Shown here in pieces: positions 52,836 to 64,000 of a DNA stretch of 64,000 nucleotides. The stretch's first letter is position 1; every line of letters begins with the position of its first letter. Source of the DNA: the human T2T-CHM13v2.0 reference genome, Homo sapiens. Location of the stretch: assembly GCF_009914755.1 (NCBI RefSeq), contig NC_060928.1, one strand, 5' to 3'. The position numbers and the translations under genes are program-made. The notes under the pieces are model-generated. The model saw only the letters and a program-made list of their open reading frames with translations, did no database searches and was not told the DNA's origin.

Positions 52836-54990
52836 GGTAGGTAACTGGTAGAAATCATTGCTGAAAATGCAATCGCATCTCTGGAAACAGACACTCCCAG
52901 TCTATAGCTGATGAGCCTCTTTCAAATCAGTTAAATTCATAATAGTGTCCCAAAGCTGGTCTGTGTGTATAACATCTCCAATCTTAAAAGTTGATAAAAG
53001 TATTTCAAAACCTCAATCTTTTTGGAGATTTTAGAAGATTCCTGCTTTAGAAGACTCACTGGAAACATTTTAAAAATTGCTTTTTTTGTTGTTGTTGTTC
53101 TTCAGTGAAATTGCAATGTCTGAGGACAAAGGGGGTGGCGAGAGTAGCTTACAAAGTAATTCCCATTTTTTTGTATGTATTACAAATAGGTTTTAGATTT
53201 TTTTAAAGTAGTTTTCAGGAAGATAGTTTGATATTTCTACTGGCTTATAGACCTGCTTTTTCACTTTAAAAATTATTACTTGTGTAGAGAAAAACCATGA
53301 GGATAATATTTCCTTTGGTCAATCTCTATCTCAAACAAAATGGTTTATATATTTTGTATACTATGCCATAAAAATGAATATTGCTTAGCTGCTGTGGTGT
53401 ATTAGTTTTTTCCACACTAGAATAAATCTACTTCTTATTACTAGCCTATCTCTTCAGTATAAGTTTAATAGTTCATTTCTGTTTTCTTTCTTCATATGTC
53501 ATATATAAACCTTTTAATGATCTAAAATGTCTTTTCATAATGGTCTGAATTGAACAACAATTTCTAAGAAACTTCTTTCATCTTATGACGTAGAAATTGT
53601 TTAAGAGCAGAGAAATTTCTGAGACAGGAAATAAAAGTCAGTATAAATCACAGGAGATGTGTTGAAGTCCTGATTTCATTTATCCAACATTTTGTCTAAG
53701 TAAATGAAACTTACAAATATTAAAAGAGTGCTTTGTCAGATTTCTGATATTTACAACTTTTCATGCTTCATGCTTGATTTAAAACCCAAAGCCTGTCAGA
53801 AAGCCAGATGGCAAGTAAGGACATCTCTGATGCATTAATACTTAGCTCCTAAGAGGTGGAAAAGGATTTATTTGCTTCTGAGAAGACGTGGGATAGGGTA
53901 GACCACCACTGCCCCTAATGCGTAGTAGGGGAGTGATGATGGTTTCTGTGTTAAGAGGACTTCTTTAAAAATTATTTATTTATTATCTGTTAGGTTTCCA
54001 TAGCTCCATGCCCTTTGAGTCTTCAGAGCCTGGCTGCTGCATGCAGCAATTAGTTTGTGCCAGAGAGAAAATGAGTGGTGAGAGAAATATCTGGGCTGAA
54101 ATGCAGTGTGTGACAAACACAGTGGAATCTGAAAGAGTTGCTTGTTAGTTAGAAATTAGTCATGGGCTAGCCCAAGGGTGGGTGCATAGTAATTTTAGAT
54201 TATTCATTCTTGTCTTTTTTGGGTAGCCCTGCCCTTCTCTCAGACATGTTATATTCTCTGGGGAGTTGATAATGGCACTGCCAAAAGTATACAACATTGA
54301 AATGAAACACCAACTGAGAAAAAAATTTGCAGCTTGGAAAGGCAATAAATAAGGTGGATACTGAGAACGGGAGGCGATTTTTCTTCTCTCCCAAAGAGAA
54401 GGGCAGTAAGCGGTGAGGTTGCTCACTGTAGGCTGATTACAGAGTGCAAAGATGGTGGGTTGATTGAAGGTGTGTAAATAGACCACAGAATCTGTTAATC
54501 CAGGAGAGCATATTTGTATGTGTTCATTCGAATGTAAAGCTGAAAGGTGGTTTAGATCAACTGCAATATTTAAAGTTATTGTTTACCAAAGCAACATTCC
54601 AGTGTCCTTGGCATTCTTGTAAATTGTGGGCAGAGCACATGGGCTAAAATATTCAACCTCTGAAAAAGTGCAGCTTTGAAGCCGTAAAAAGCCACTAACT
54701 GCCTTAGTTGATTATATAGCAGGCTCTTTCGACTGCCAGTTTCTCGGCAGGCATCCCTGCCTCACATTTTCCTATTTATTTTTGCTGAAACTCTACCATG
54801 GATTTTAACCTGAAAGAAAAAATAAACATGTAGGCATTTGTTTAAGAAGAATCGGGAACCTCTCTGATATGCTATGTGAGCTGAGAAACACCGGCGTGGT
54901 GGGTTATTGTATGCCACCAGCTGTAGCCACTTTAGCTGGAGAGCACTTTGTATTCTTCTTTAAGGCAGTAATTGGTAAGTATATTTCTGC

Positions 54991-55074
54991 CTGTAATCAA
55001 TAGCTTTTACATTCAACGTAATATTTCTAAACAAAAAGAAATATTACATTCAATGTAAAAGCTATTGATTGCAG
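54991..55074. repeat. Inverted repeat, 38-bp arms, 8-nt loop
   Basis: 54991-55028 vs reverse complement of 55037-55074: 35/38 identical. Confidence 0.97.
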
Positions 55075-55317
55075 AGAGCAAATGTCTTTTCCACATGCCA
55101 CTCCACATGGCTGAATAATCCTGAAATTCTATAGAGCTACCAATGTGACAGACGCCTCTGTCATTAACTGGTTCTTCAGTCTTTGAGACCCAAGAAAGAA
55201 AATTTCTTTAACCAAATCTCCAGTGAAACCATGTCTTGCATATAAAAAGAATGCCATGTGATATGAATCAGAAAATATTATTTGACCCTTTTTTCTAGTA
55301 GTGAGTCTTTAGACTGT

Positions 55318-56000
55318 GTATACATTGAAATATATATGTATATATGTATCAGTATGGATATATATGTATATATATCTATCAGTATAGATATACATATGTG
55401 TATATATATCAGTATCTACATATATGTATATATTGACTCACATTCTCTTATATGTATATGGATATATAATACATATATCAGTGTATATATCAGATATATA
55501 TAAGTATATATACATGTATATATGTGTATATATACATATACATCATATGTATATCTATACATACATATGACGTTATATCATATATGTCAGTATATATGTA
55601 CACATATGCATATATACATATTAGTATATACATATATTTATGTACATATAAATATACTGATATATATCAGTATATATGCATATATACACCTATATGTATA
55701 CCAGTATAAATCTGTATGTATGCACACATATACATATAAGAGAATGTGGATCAGTATATACATGTGGATCAGTATATATAGTATATATACATATATAGGT
55801 ATATCAGTATATATCAGTATATATGTATACACATATATACATACAAGACAATTGTATCAGTACATAAGTGTGGATCAGTATATATATATATATATATATA
55901 TACAGTGTATATACAGTATATGTATATACACACTGTATATATACTGATCCACATTTTTTTCCTTGATCCTTCCCATGACTGGTGTGTATACACACACACA
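55318..56000. repeat. TA-rich low-complexity tract with recurring ATCAGTATAT units
   Basis: Alternating purine-pyrimidine sequence; a similar tract lies at 56467-56785. Confidence 0.95.
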
Positions 56001-56009
56001 ATCTACATG

Positions 56010-56466
56010 TAGTTGACTTTTGAACAGCATGAGAGTGAACTGAATGGGTTCACTTACATACATGGATCTTCTTCCACTTCTGCTACTACTGACACAGCAA
56101 GACCAAACCCTCCTCTTCCTCCTCCTCCTCCTCCTCATCTTACTCATTGTACAGATGATGAAGATGAAGACTTTTCTAATGGTCCACTTTCACTTAAAGT
56201 ATAATAAATATATTTTCTCATTTTTATGATTTTCTTAATTACATGTTTTTCCCTCTGGCTTACTTTATTATAAGAAGGCAGTAATAGAATACATACAACA
56301 TACAACATTTATTTAATGAACAGTTTATGTTACCAGTAAGGCTTTTGGTCAACAGAAGACTATTAGTAAGTAGTTAAATTTTGAGGGAGTGAAAAGTTAT
56401 CTATGGATTTTTGACTGTGCAGGGGATTGGCACCCCTAACCTGTCATGTTGTTCAAGGGTCAACTG
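56010..56466 (+). mobile_element. Tigger2a (MER28)-like TcMar-Tigger element
   Basis: TIRs TAGTTGACTTTTGAACAGCATG / CATGTTGTTCAAGGGTCAACTG; internal CAGCAAGACCAAACCCTCCTCTTCCTCC. Confidence 0.92.
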
Positions 56467-56934
56467 TGTGTGTGGGTGTATAATATATAATATATAATAT
56501 ATACATATATATACACCCCCCCCACACACATATATACACATGCACTATATATATATATATATTAGTCATAGGGAAAATCATATATATGACATAAAGATAT
56601 ATATAATATACCCACATATACACATACATATTGATCCTCACTGAACCAATCTCTTCCCTGATCTTCCATGACTGATATATGTTGAACTTCCCCATTATAT
56701 CTATATCTCTGCATACCATCTAACTTTGTTATATATATGTATATATGCACACATGCATACATACATTATATATGTATGCATGTGTAATCCTGCATCACCT
56801 GGTCTTTTACATAACTAATTGTAAACCCTTCCAAAGTAGCTGATTCTGGTCAGCAAAGCGGCCTCTGACTGAGTTCGTTTTTCTTTGTGAAAGCAAACCT
56901 GCTTTTGTTGTAGCATTTATTTTTTAGTTTAGGA

Positions 56935-57110
56935 TCACTGGCCAAAGCATACAGTTGTACAGGTTGCGTCCTGCACATGGGCATCTCCCTGAGTTGATAG
57001 GCAATATGCAGTTCACTCTCAGTTTTCTGAGCTCAGGGCTGCCTCCACCTTGATAAAAGAACACTCCCTTTAACCTATGTGAAAATGCTATCTACTATCG
57101 AAGTCATGGT
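56935..57110. mobile_element. MER91-like hAT-Tip100 MITE
   Basis: CATACAGTTGTACAGGTTGCGTCCTGCACA...CAGGGCTGCCTCCACC. Confidence 0.55.
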
Positions 57111-57614
57111 GAATGTATGTTTTCATAACAGTGGTAGCCTTTTTTTTTTGTACAACATTGTTTTATGAACTAGCAGTAACTTTGCTGGCACCATGACCTA
57201 TGAATTTAGCTAATGAATTAGGTACTAACATTGTTATAATTAATAAAAAATGTGATCTCTGCATAATCAACAACAAAACATTATTTTCAAGCCAAGAAAA
57301 ATACTGCAAAGAGATGAAACTTTGTAAAATGTAGCTAAGCCAGTAAGAGGTGGAATTCAGACATCACCAAGAGAAATTTGAGTAATCAAGATTCTTTGAA
57401 TTTGAAATGTATGATGTAATGTAGCCACTCCTACATCATAGACTCTATCATGCATAAATAACAAAAGAAATCATTATAGAAATTTTCCTCAGGTTTGCTA
57501 CTTTGGAAGGACATTCTGAAACTCAAATATATGGGTGGGAGTCTGGGTAGATTAGAATGGAGATTTTATCCCCTAAAAATAAACAGTTCAAAGCTAGGTT
57601 AACAGTGCATTCTT

Positions 57615-58377
57615 ACTTTTTATTATTATTTTTTTTTATTATTATACTTTAAGTTCTAGGGTACATGTGCACAACATGCAGGTTTGTTGCAAATGTATAC
57701 ATGTGCCATGTTGGTGTGCTGCACCCATTAACTCGTCATTTACATTAGGTATATCTCCTAATGCTATCTCTCCCCCCTCCCCCCACCCCACAACAGGCTC
57801 GGTGTATGATGTCCCCCTTCCTGTGTCCAAGTGTTCTCATTGTTCAATTCCCACCTATGAGTGAGAACATGCAGTGTTTGGTTTTTTGTCCTTGCGATAG
57901 TTTGCTGAGAATGATGGTTTCCAGCTTCATCCATGTCCCTAAAAAGGACATGAATTCATCATTTTTTATGGCTGCAGAGTATTCCATAATGTATATGTGC
58001 CACATTTTCTTAATCCAGTCTATCATTATTGGACATTTGGGTTGGTTCCAGGTCTTTGCTATTATGAATAGTGCCTCAATAAACAAACATGTGCATGTGT
58101 CTTTATAGCAGCATGATTTATAATCCTTTGGGTATATACCCAGTAATGGGATGGCTGGGTCAAATGGTATTTCTAGTTCTAGATCCCTGAGGAACTGCCG
58201 CACTGTGTTCCACAATGGTTGAACCAGTTTACAGTCCCACCAACAATGTAAAAGTGTTCCTATTTCTCCACATCCTCTCCAGCACCTGTTGTTTCCTGAC
58301 TTTTTAATGATTGCCATTCTAACTGGTGTGAGACGGTATCTCATTGTGGTTTTGATTTGCATTTCTCTGATGGCCAG
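57615..58377 (-). mobile_element. L1PA3/4-like 5'-truncated LINE-1 (3'UTR plus ORF2 C-terminus)
   Basis: TTATACTTTAAGTTCTAGGGTACATGTGCAC...; ORF 57844-58500 contains [11 protein letters not shown]...[18 protein letters not shown] (ORF2p CCHC domain). Confidence 0.97.
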
Positions 58378-58397
58378 CAGCCAACGGACCCATTCTT

Positions 58398-59525
58398 TTT
58401 TTTTATACTTTAAGTTCTGGGGTACATGTGCAGAACATGTGGTTTTGTTACATAGGTATACATGTGCCATGGTGGTTTGCTGCACCCATTGACCTGTCAC
58501 CTACATTAGGTATTTCTCCTAATGCTATCCCTCCCCTAGCCTCCCCATCCCCCAACGGGCCCTGGTGTGTGATATGCCCTTCCCTGTGTCCATGTGTTCT
58601 CATTTTCAACTCCCACTTATGAGTGAGAGCACGCAGCGTTTGGTTTTCTGTTCTTGTGTTAGTTTGCTGAGAATGATGGTTTCCAGCTTCATCCATGTCC
58701 CTGCAAAGGACATGAACTCATCCTTTTTATGGCTGCGTAGTATTCCATGGTGTATGTGTGCCACATTTTCTTTATTCAGTCTATCATTGATGGCCATTTG
58801 GGTTGGTTCTAAGTCTATACTATTGTGAATAGTGCCACAAATAAACATACCTATGCATGTGTCTTTATAGTAGAATGATTTATAATCCTTTGGGTATATA
58901 CCCAGTAATGGGATTGCTGGATCAAATGGTATTTCTAGTTCTAGATCCTTGAGGAATCACCACACTGTCTTCCACAATGGTTGAACTAATTTACACTCCC
59001 ACCAACAGTGTAAAAGCATTCCTATTTCTCCACATCCTCTCCAGCATCTGTTGTTCCCTGACTTTTTAATGATCACCATTCTAACTGGCGTGAGATGGTA
59101 TCTCATTGTGGTTTTGATTTGCATTTCTCTAATGACCAGTGATGAGGAGCATTTTTTAATATGTTTGTTGGTTGCATAATTGTCTTCTTTTGAGAAGTGT
59201 CGGTTCATATTCTTTGCCTACTTTTTGATGGGTTGTTTTTTTCTTGTAAATTTGTTTAAGACTTAAACATAAGACCTAAAACCATAAAAATCCTAGAAGA
59301 AAACCTAGGCAATACCATTCAGGACATAAGCATGGGCAAAGTCTTCATGTCCAAAACACCAAAAGCTATGGCAACAAAAGCCAAAATTGACAAATGGGAT
59401 ATAATTAAACTAAAGAGTCTCTGTACAGCAAAAGAAACTACCATCAGATTGAACAGGCAACCTACAGAATGGGAGAAAACTTCTGCAATCTATCCATCCG
59501 ACAAAGGGCTAATATCCAGAATCTG
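58398..59525 (-). mobile_element. L1PA7/8-like truncated LINE-1 with 5' inversion (59261-59525 on + strand)
   Basis: Antisense L1 3' end to 59260, then sense ORF2 fragment ([23 protein letters not shown]...); outer TSD CAGTGYATTCTT (57603-57614 / 59526-59537). Confidence 0.95.
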
Positions 59526-59544
59526 CAGTGTATTCTTTTAAATG

Positions 59545-59836
59545 TTTTTTTTTTTTTTTGACACAGAGTCTGGCTCTGTCACCCAGGCTGGAGTGCAGTG
59601 ATCTTGGCTCACTGCAACGTCCGCCTCTCAGGTTCAACCGATTCTTCTGCCTCAGCCTCCCAAGTAGCTGGGATTACAGGCACCTGCCACTACGCCTGGC
59701 TAATTTTTGTATTTTTAGTAGAGATGGGGGTTTTGCCATGTCGGCCAGGCTGATCACCAACTCCTGACATCAGGTGATCCGCCTGCCTCAGCCTCCCAAA
59801 GTGCTGGGATTACAGGCATGGACCACCACGCCTGGC
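59545..59836 (-). mobile_element. AluS (Sx-like)
   Basis: Full dimer; TSD TTCTTTTAAATG (59533-59544 / 59837-59848). Confidence 0.96.
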
Positions 59837-60539
59837 TTCTTTTAAATGGTTCTATATTAGTGATATTGGCATAGTCTGGTTCTATTCTAACAATGTTTAG
59901 ACCAATGATATTTTGGTTTTGAATCTTAATATACAAAATAACGTGAGAAACTTAAAGAGATAACTTCAGTTTTAGGTTGTGCTAAATGTAGGTTCTCATA
60001 AACCCCTAATAGTTTATAGGTGATGAAATAACCATCTTGAACATTTCTCCATAAACAGGATTTTTATTTCAAGACCCACAGTCTCAGATGCAGGTTCAAT
60101 GGAATCACTAGAGACCAAACAAGAAGAGACATCAAATAATCTCCCACCACTGAAATCAGCTCCCTCTAGAAAGGGGCTACAGAAGAGACAAGATAGCTCT
60201 CTGAATTTACTTGCACATGAATAGAATTCAGGCTCCAAAAGAGGCCACCTGCTACCCTTTATAGGTGCTAAGAAATACCAAAATTAAAAGTACAGGAAAT
60301 ACGATACTCTAAACAGGGAAGGTAAAAGAATGGTAATGAACTTTCAGAATAGACAAGTAGACTGCACTGGTTGCTATTAAAAATACACATCCACAGGCAG
60401 AGAAACACTTGCCCAAATTGTACAGGGATGCTACAGCACTCTTTTAACTTATAATGAGGCATTGTAAAAAATATTTTCTTATTGTGCATGTATCTATGGA
60501 TTTGTGAGTTCACTCATTAGAGCAGGCACTACTTTTAGG

Positions 60540-60575
60540 GTGTGTGCATGTGTGTGTGTGTGTGTGTGTGTGCAT
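60540..60575. repeat. (TG)n microsatellite, interrupted
   Basis: Direct reading. Confidence 0.93.
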
Positions 60576-60850
60576 GCACATGCCTGCGTATTGGGGGAAA
60601 TTAATTTCTTTCAGAGTGTTTCAGTCCCTAGGGGAAGCCACATAAAGAAAGTTGTTTGATGTATGAAAGAGTGTTTTATACAGTATTAAATCCAGGAGTT
60701 TACTATTTGGGGGACAGACTCACATTTTATGGCAAGACCACTATTCACTTTACTGTATTCTGTCCTTTTTCTGGCAGAAACATCCTGTAGAAAATTCCAA
60801 ATAGTTATACCCTCAAGTCATAGTACCAGTAAATATCTTTTTTAAAAAAA

Positions 60851-60937
60851 TTTTTTATTTTTATTTTTTGTTATACTTTAAGTTTTAGGGTACATGTGCA
60901 CAACGTGCAGGTTTGTTACATATGTATACATGTGCCA
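60851..60937 (-). mobile_element. Very short young L1PA 3' tip
   Basis: TTATACTTTAAGTTTTAGGGTACATGTGCACAACGTGCAGGTTTGTTACATATGTATACATGTGCCA. Confidence 0.95.
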
Positions 60938-61160
60938 CAGCAGAGAGGCATATTTCCCAAAACATGCTCTGGGCTATAAGATTCTACTGTAAATCTTAAC
61001 TTTTCTAGTGCTCAGGGATGGTACAGAGGGAGTTTGTTGATGTTGAATGGGAGCACTAAGTGGAATACTTCTGTTAAACTTATTTTTTTTCAAATGTGAC
61101 ACTTTAAAAAGCCTTGGTTTGTATAGGATAAGACAGAGATATTCATGGATCCGAGTACCA

Positions 61161-61162
<2 letters not shown>

Positions 61163-61195
<33 letters not shown>
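61163..61195. repeat. (AC)16 microsatellite
   Basis: Direct reading. Confidence 0.98.
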
Positions 61196-61197
<2 letters not shown>

Positions 61198-64000
61198 AAA
61201 TTATAAATTACTTTATCCCAAAGTAATAATTCTAAAAATATTTGCACCAGCAGAATAGAAGGAAAATCAATAAGCAAATTAATTAATGAATTAGTTGAAT
61301 TTATGACAATTTAGAATTCATTTTGCAGACATAAGCTGGCATAAATACATCAGTTACAGAAAAATTTATAACTACCAACCTCATCGCAAATAATACCACA
61401 CATACAAATACATGTACACATATATATGGTGCTTTTTACATTTCTGGAATTATCAGTTTTTTAACATAGTTGGATTCAAAATGTATTGTTATGGTTCGAA
61501 TACGCAAAAAGCAAAACTTTTGCAAACCCTTTAGGAACTTAATTTAAATCACGTGACCAGTATTAGGTAAAAGTAAATAGCATGCTTCAAAACAAATGGC
61601 ACTTTTGATTTGGCTAAATATATTTCTTCTAATATTTAAACCTGAAAGCTTTCTTAGTTGCAATATACTATTTATGGTAATCTGAGGTGTTGTTACTGAA
61701 GATGAAAAATACTTAACCCATTAAGTATGCCTCAAATGAAAACTCCACTCTTTCTTTTCTGCTCTGTATAAAATCAGAGTTCTATATAACCAGGCTAAAT
61801 AAGTTCACATGCTATGGACCGATGCATGGTGTTTCTTATACAATGACCCTCGTCTAAAGAGAGGGATCTGCTTTGCAACTGAATATATGTAGTCAACTTA
61901 AATATGCTGATGTTAGAAATGAGAATTAGTGGTTTTTACAACTACAGTTGAGAGAACATTTCGTCTAAAATGCTGAAAACTCTGGTTTAATATATGAAAA
62001 TAAAGCAGCCAAGACATTTTTCATATGTTCTAGATTTCATCCTGCAGCCTTTCATAGAAAGGTGAGATGACAGATAGCAGATGGATTTACCTTTTTAGTT
62101 AGCTGCAAAACTACAAATCAATTTCATATAAACAGATCTCTCAGCCAAATATAGCTTGACAGTAATTCTATAAGATTCATCAAGTCAAGGAAAGAGATTA
62201 TGTCTGATGACATGAACTAATGTAAAAGTAAGATATATCACGATTTCAATATACTAGGTGAGAGAATCCATTCAATATCACTTTTTAAATGAAAATGCTT
62301 TCCTCTGTACTGATGATTTCAGTATTCATTTACTTTTTAGAATGATAAGTAATTATTATACCTTTCACATTGTTACCCAGAATAATGTGAAAAAAATTAC
62401 TAAAACAGTTTTCAGGTTGCAAGTGATATAGAGTATGTAAAATTATTTAGAAACATCCAGGTCAGTGTAAGGCTTTAAAAATATTGTTATTTCACTTATT
62501 AGACTAAGTGTATATTGGAACTGCAGTTAAGTAATTACATTTAAGTAATTACTTTACTCATAAGAGAAGAAACAAGATGTGATGTGCATAAAGCACTTAA
62601 TCACTTGTAGTTTAAAGCCTATTTTATTTCTCTGTAATATTTGGAGGCAGACCTAAACCAACTCCAGAACAGTGATGGAAGAGATTCTGTACATTAACGA
62701 AAGGCTCTCAGTCTGCACTTAATTCTGATATAATGACATCTGGCCAACATCCTAAGATGAAATTTTCAATAAATGCTGGCAACTTAACACAATTCATTAT
62801 GGTTTCTCCTGGTAAAGGATGTGGATAAAAATTGCTTTGGCTCTAAAAAAGCTTTCACTTCATTATGAGACCGGATCAATCACCATCAGCAGAAGATACT
62901 CATTGGGCTACTTATTTTGCAGCTGTGATGCATTTCGTTATCAGGGCCCGTTGAAGACACTAAGAAATTGTTTTTATTAGGCAACCATTATTGCTAAACT
63001 TCTCTAAGCTAAATGCATCTTTAAGTGTATTTCCTTTTTAAAGAGATGGAACAATCAGTCTGAACTGAAACTGGCATGAGATTACCTGTTCATCCTTATA
63101 AAAGCAATGCCATTTAGATGGCATTTTATTTGTACTTTTGCACAAAAAGAAATGATAATATATATTTCTCCATTAAACTAAGAAAGAGATCAAGTTACTC
63201 AATAATCACTATGTATTTGAGACAACTGGAGAAGTTAAATTCACATCCAGTGCCTCCCTTCTTCTCTCCTTAACCTCCCTCCTTGTAAGGAAAATTTAAA
63301 TGATGCTCTAGGTTGAGTAGTGGTATAGAACCAAAGCTCACAACCATATCTACCGGCACCATCATTTCACGTCTCCATTGATTTTTGTTTGCATTTTTGA
63401 GGCCTGAAAAGAAATAAAACTTTTCTGACATTAAAATGAGTTTTAATAACTATCTCACTAAAAATCTGATGTATAAGCATTATTTTGCATTTTACACTTG
63501 TGGTTTCTAAATATTCTACAATATATTGCAGCAGATTCCTCTGGACAAGCTGTATTTAAATTTTTACTACATTCCTCTCTCATGGGTCCTCTAGAAAAAA
63601 AAATTGCAGCATCTTATGTTACCCACAGTGTCAATTAATCCCTTCAGTCAAATTCCCTTTATTATCAAAGAAAAATTCAGAAGGTTGCCTACCATTTCAT
63701 AGGTAGTTTATTCTGAATATGCCTAAAGAAAAACACATAAATTGGAATATACGAGTATGTACAATGGTTCTCACATGTTAAAGAAGTGTGAATTATTGCA
63801 GATGAAGGAGATATTTAAGAACAAATAAGCATGCTTTAGTGATTTGGAACGACAACTGAAAAATTCCAAAATAGAACTTGTGAACCACCTCAAATATCCA
63901 AGGTGGGATTTTGTTCTGGCGTGTCTCCACCAGCAAAACAAGGGAAGTGATTTACCATCAGTTGTCAAGTTGCTTAGTCTTTCACAACTGCTAAAGTGCC

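Noticed and set aside
55282-56229. Y/I/M-rich and poly-R/P ORFs
   Set aside because: Translations of TA-rich low-complexity DNA and the Tigger2a (CCT)n tract
57844-58500. 218-aa ORF
   Set aside because: Chance in-frame join of one L1's 3'UTR/tail to the ORF2 C-terminus of the next truncated L1; not a gene
60074-60224. Protein-like + strand frame PTVSDAGSMESLETKQEE...LLAHE* after TTTATTTCAAG
   Set aside because: Weak AAG acceptor, only 49 codons, no homology I recognise and no partner exons

Overview
This is primate (human-like) non-coding genomic DNA. It is AT-rich and CpG-depleted, and dense with fossil mobile elements: AluJ/S, L1PA/L1PB/L1M, L2, MIR, CR1/L3, MaLR/ERVL/ERV1/ERVK LTRs, and hAT and Tigger DNA transposons. 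I found no credible host protein-coding exon, RNA gene, CRISPR array or CpG-island promoter, and I could not identify the locus. The ORF track is mostly repeat-derived or low-complexity; the two ORFs with recognisable protein homology are an L1 ORF2 C-terminus and a decayed hAT transposase dimerisation domain. I do not see a new biological system. The notable signals are structural: a near-perfect 38-bp-arm hairpin (54991-55074), a 57-bp copy placed 1.2 kb from its twin, three retrotransposons stacked on one ~20-bp target, a tandem duplication with templated filler, an older diverged duplication, and an AT-rich quasi-palindromic tract. Repeat family names were recalled from consensus sequences, not found by search, so subfamily calls and boundaries of old elements are approximate.
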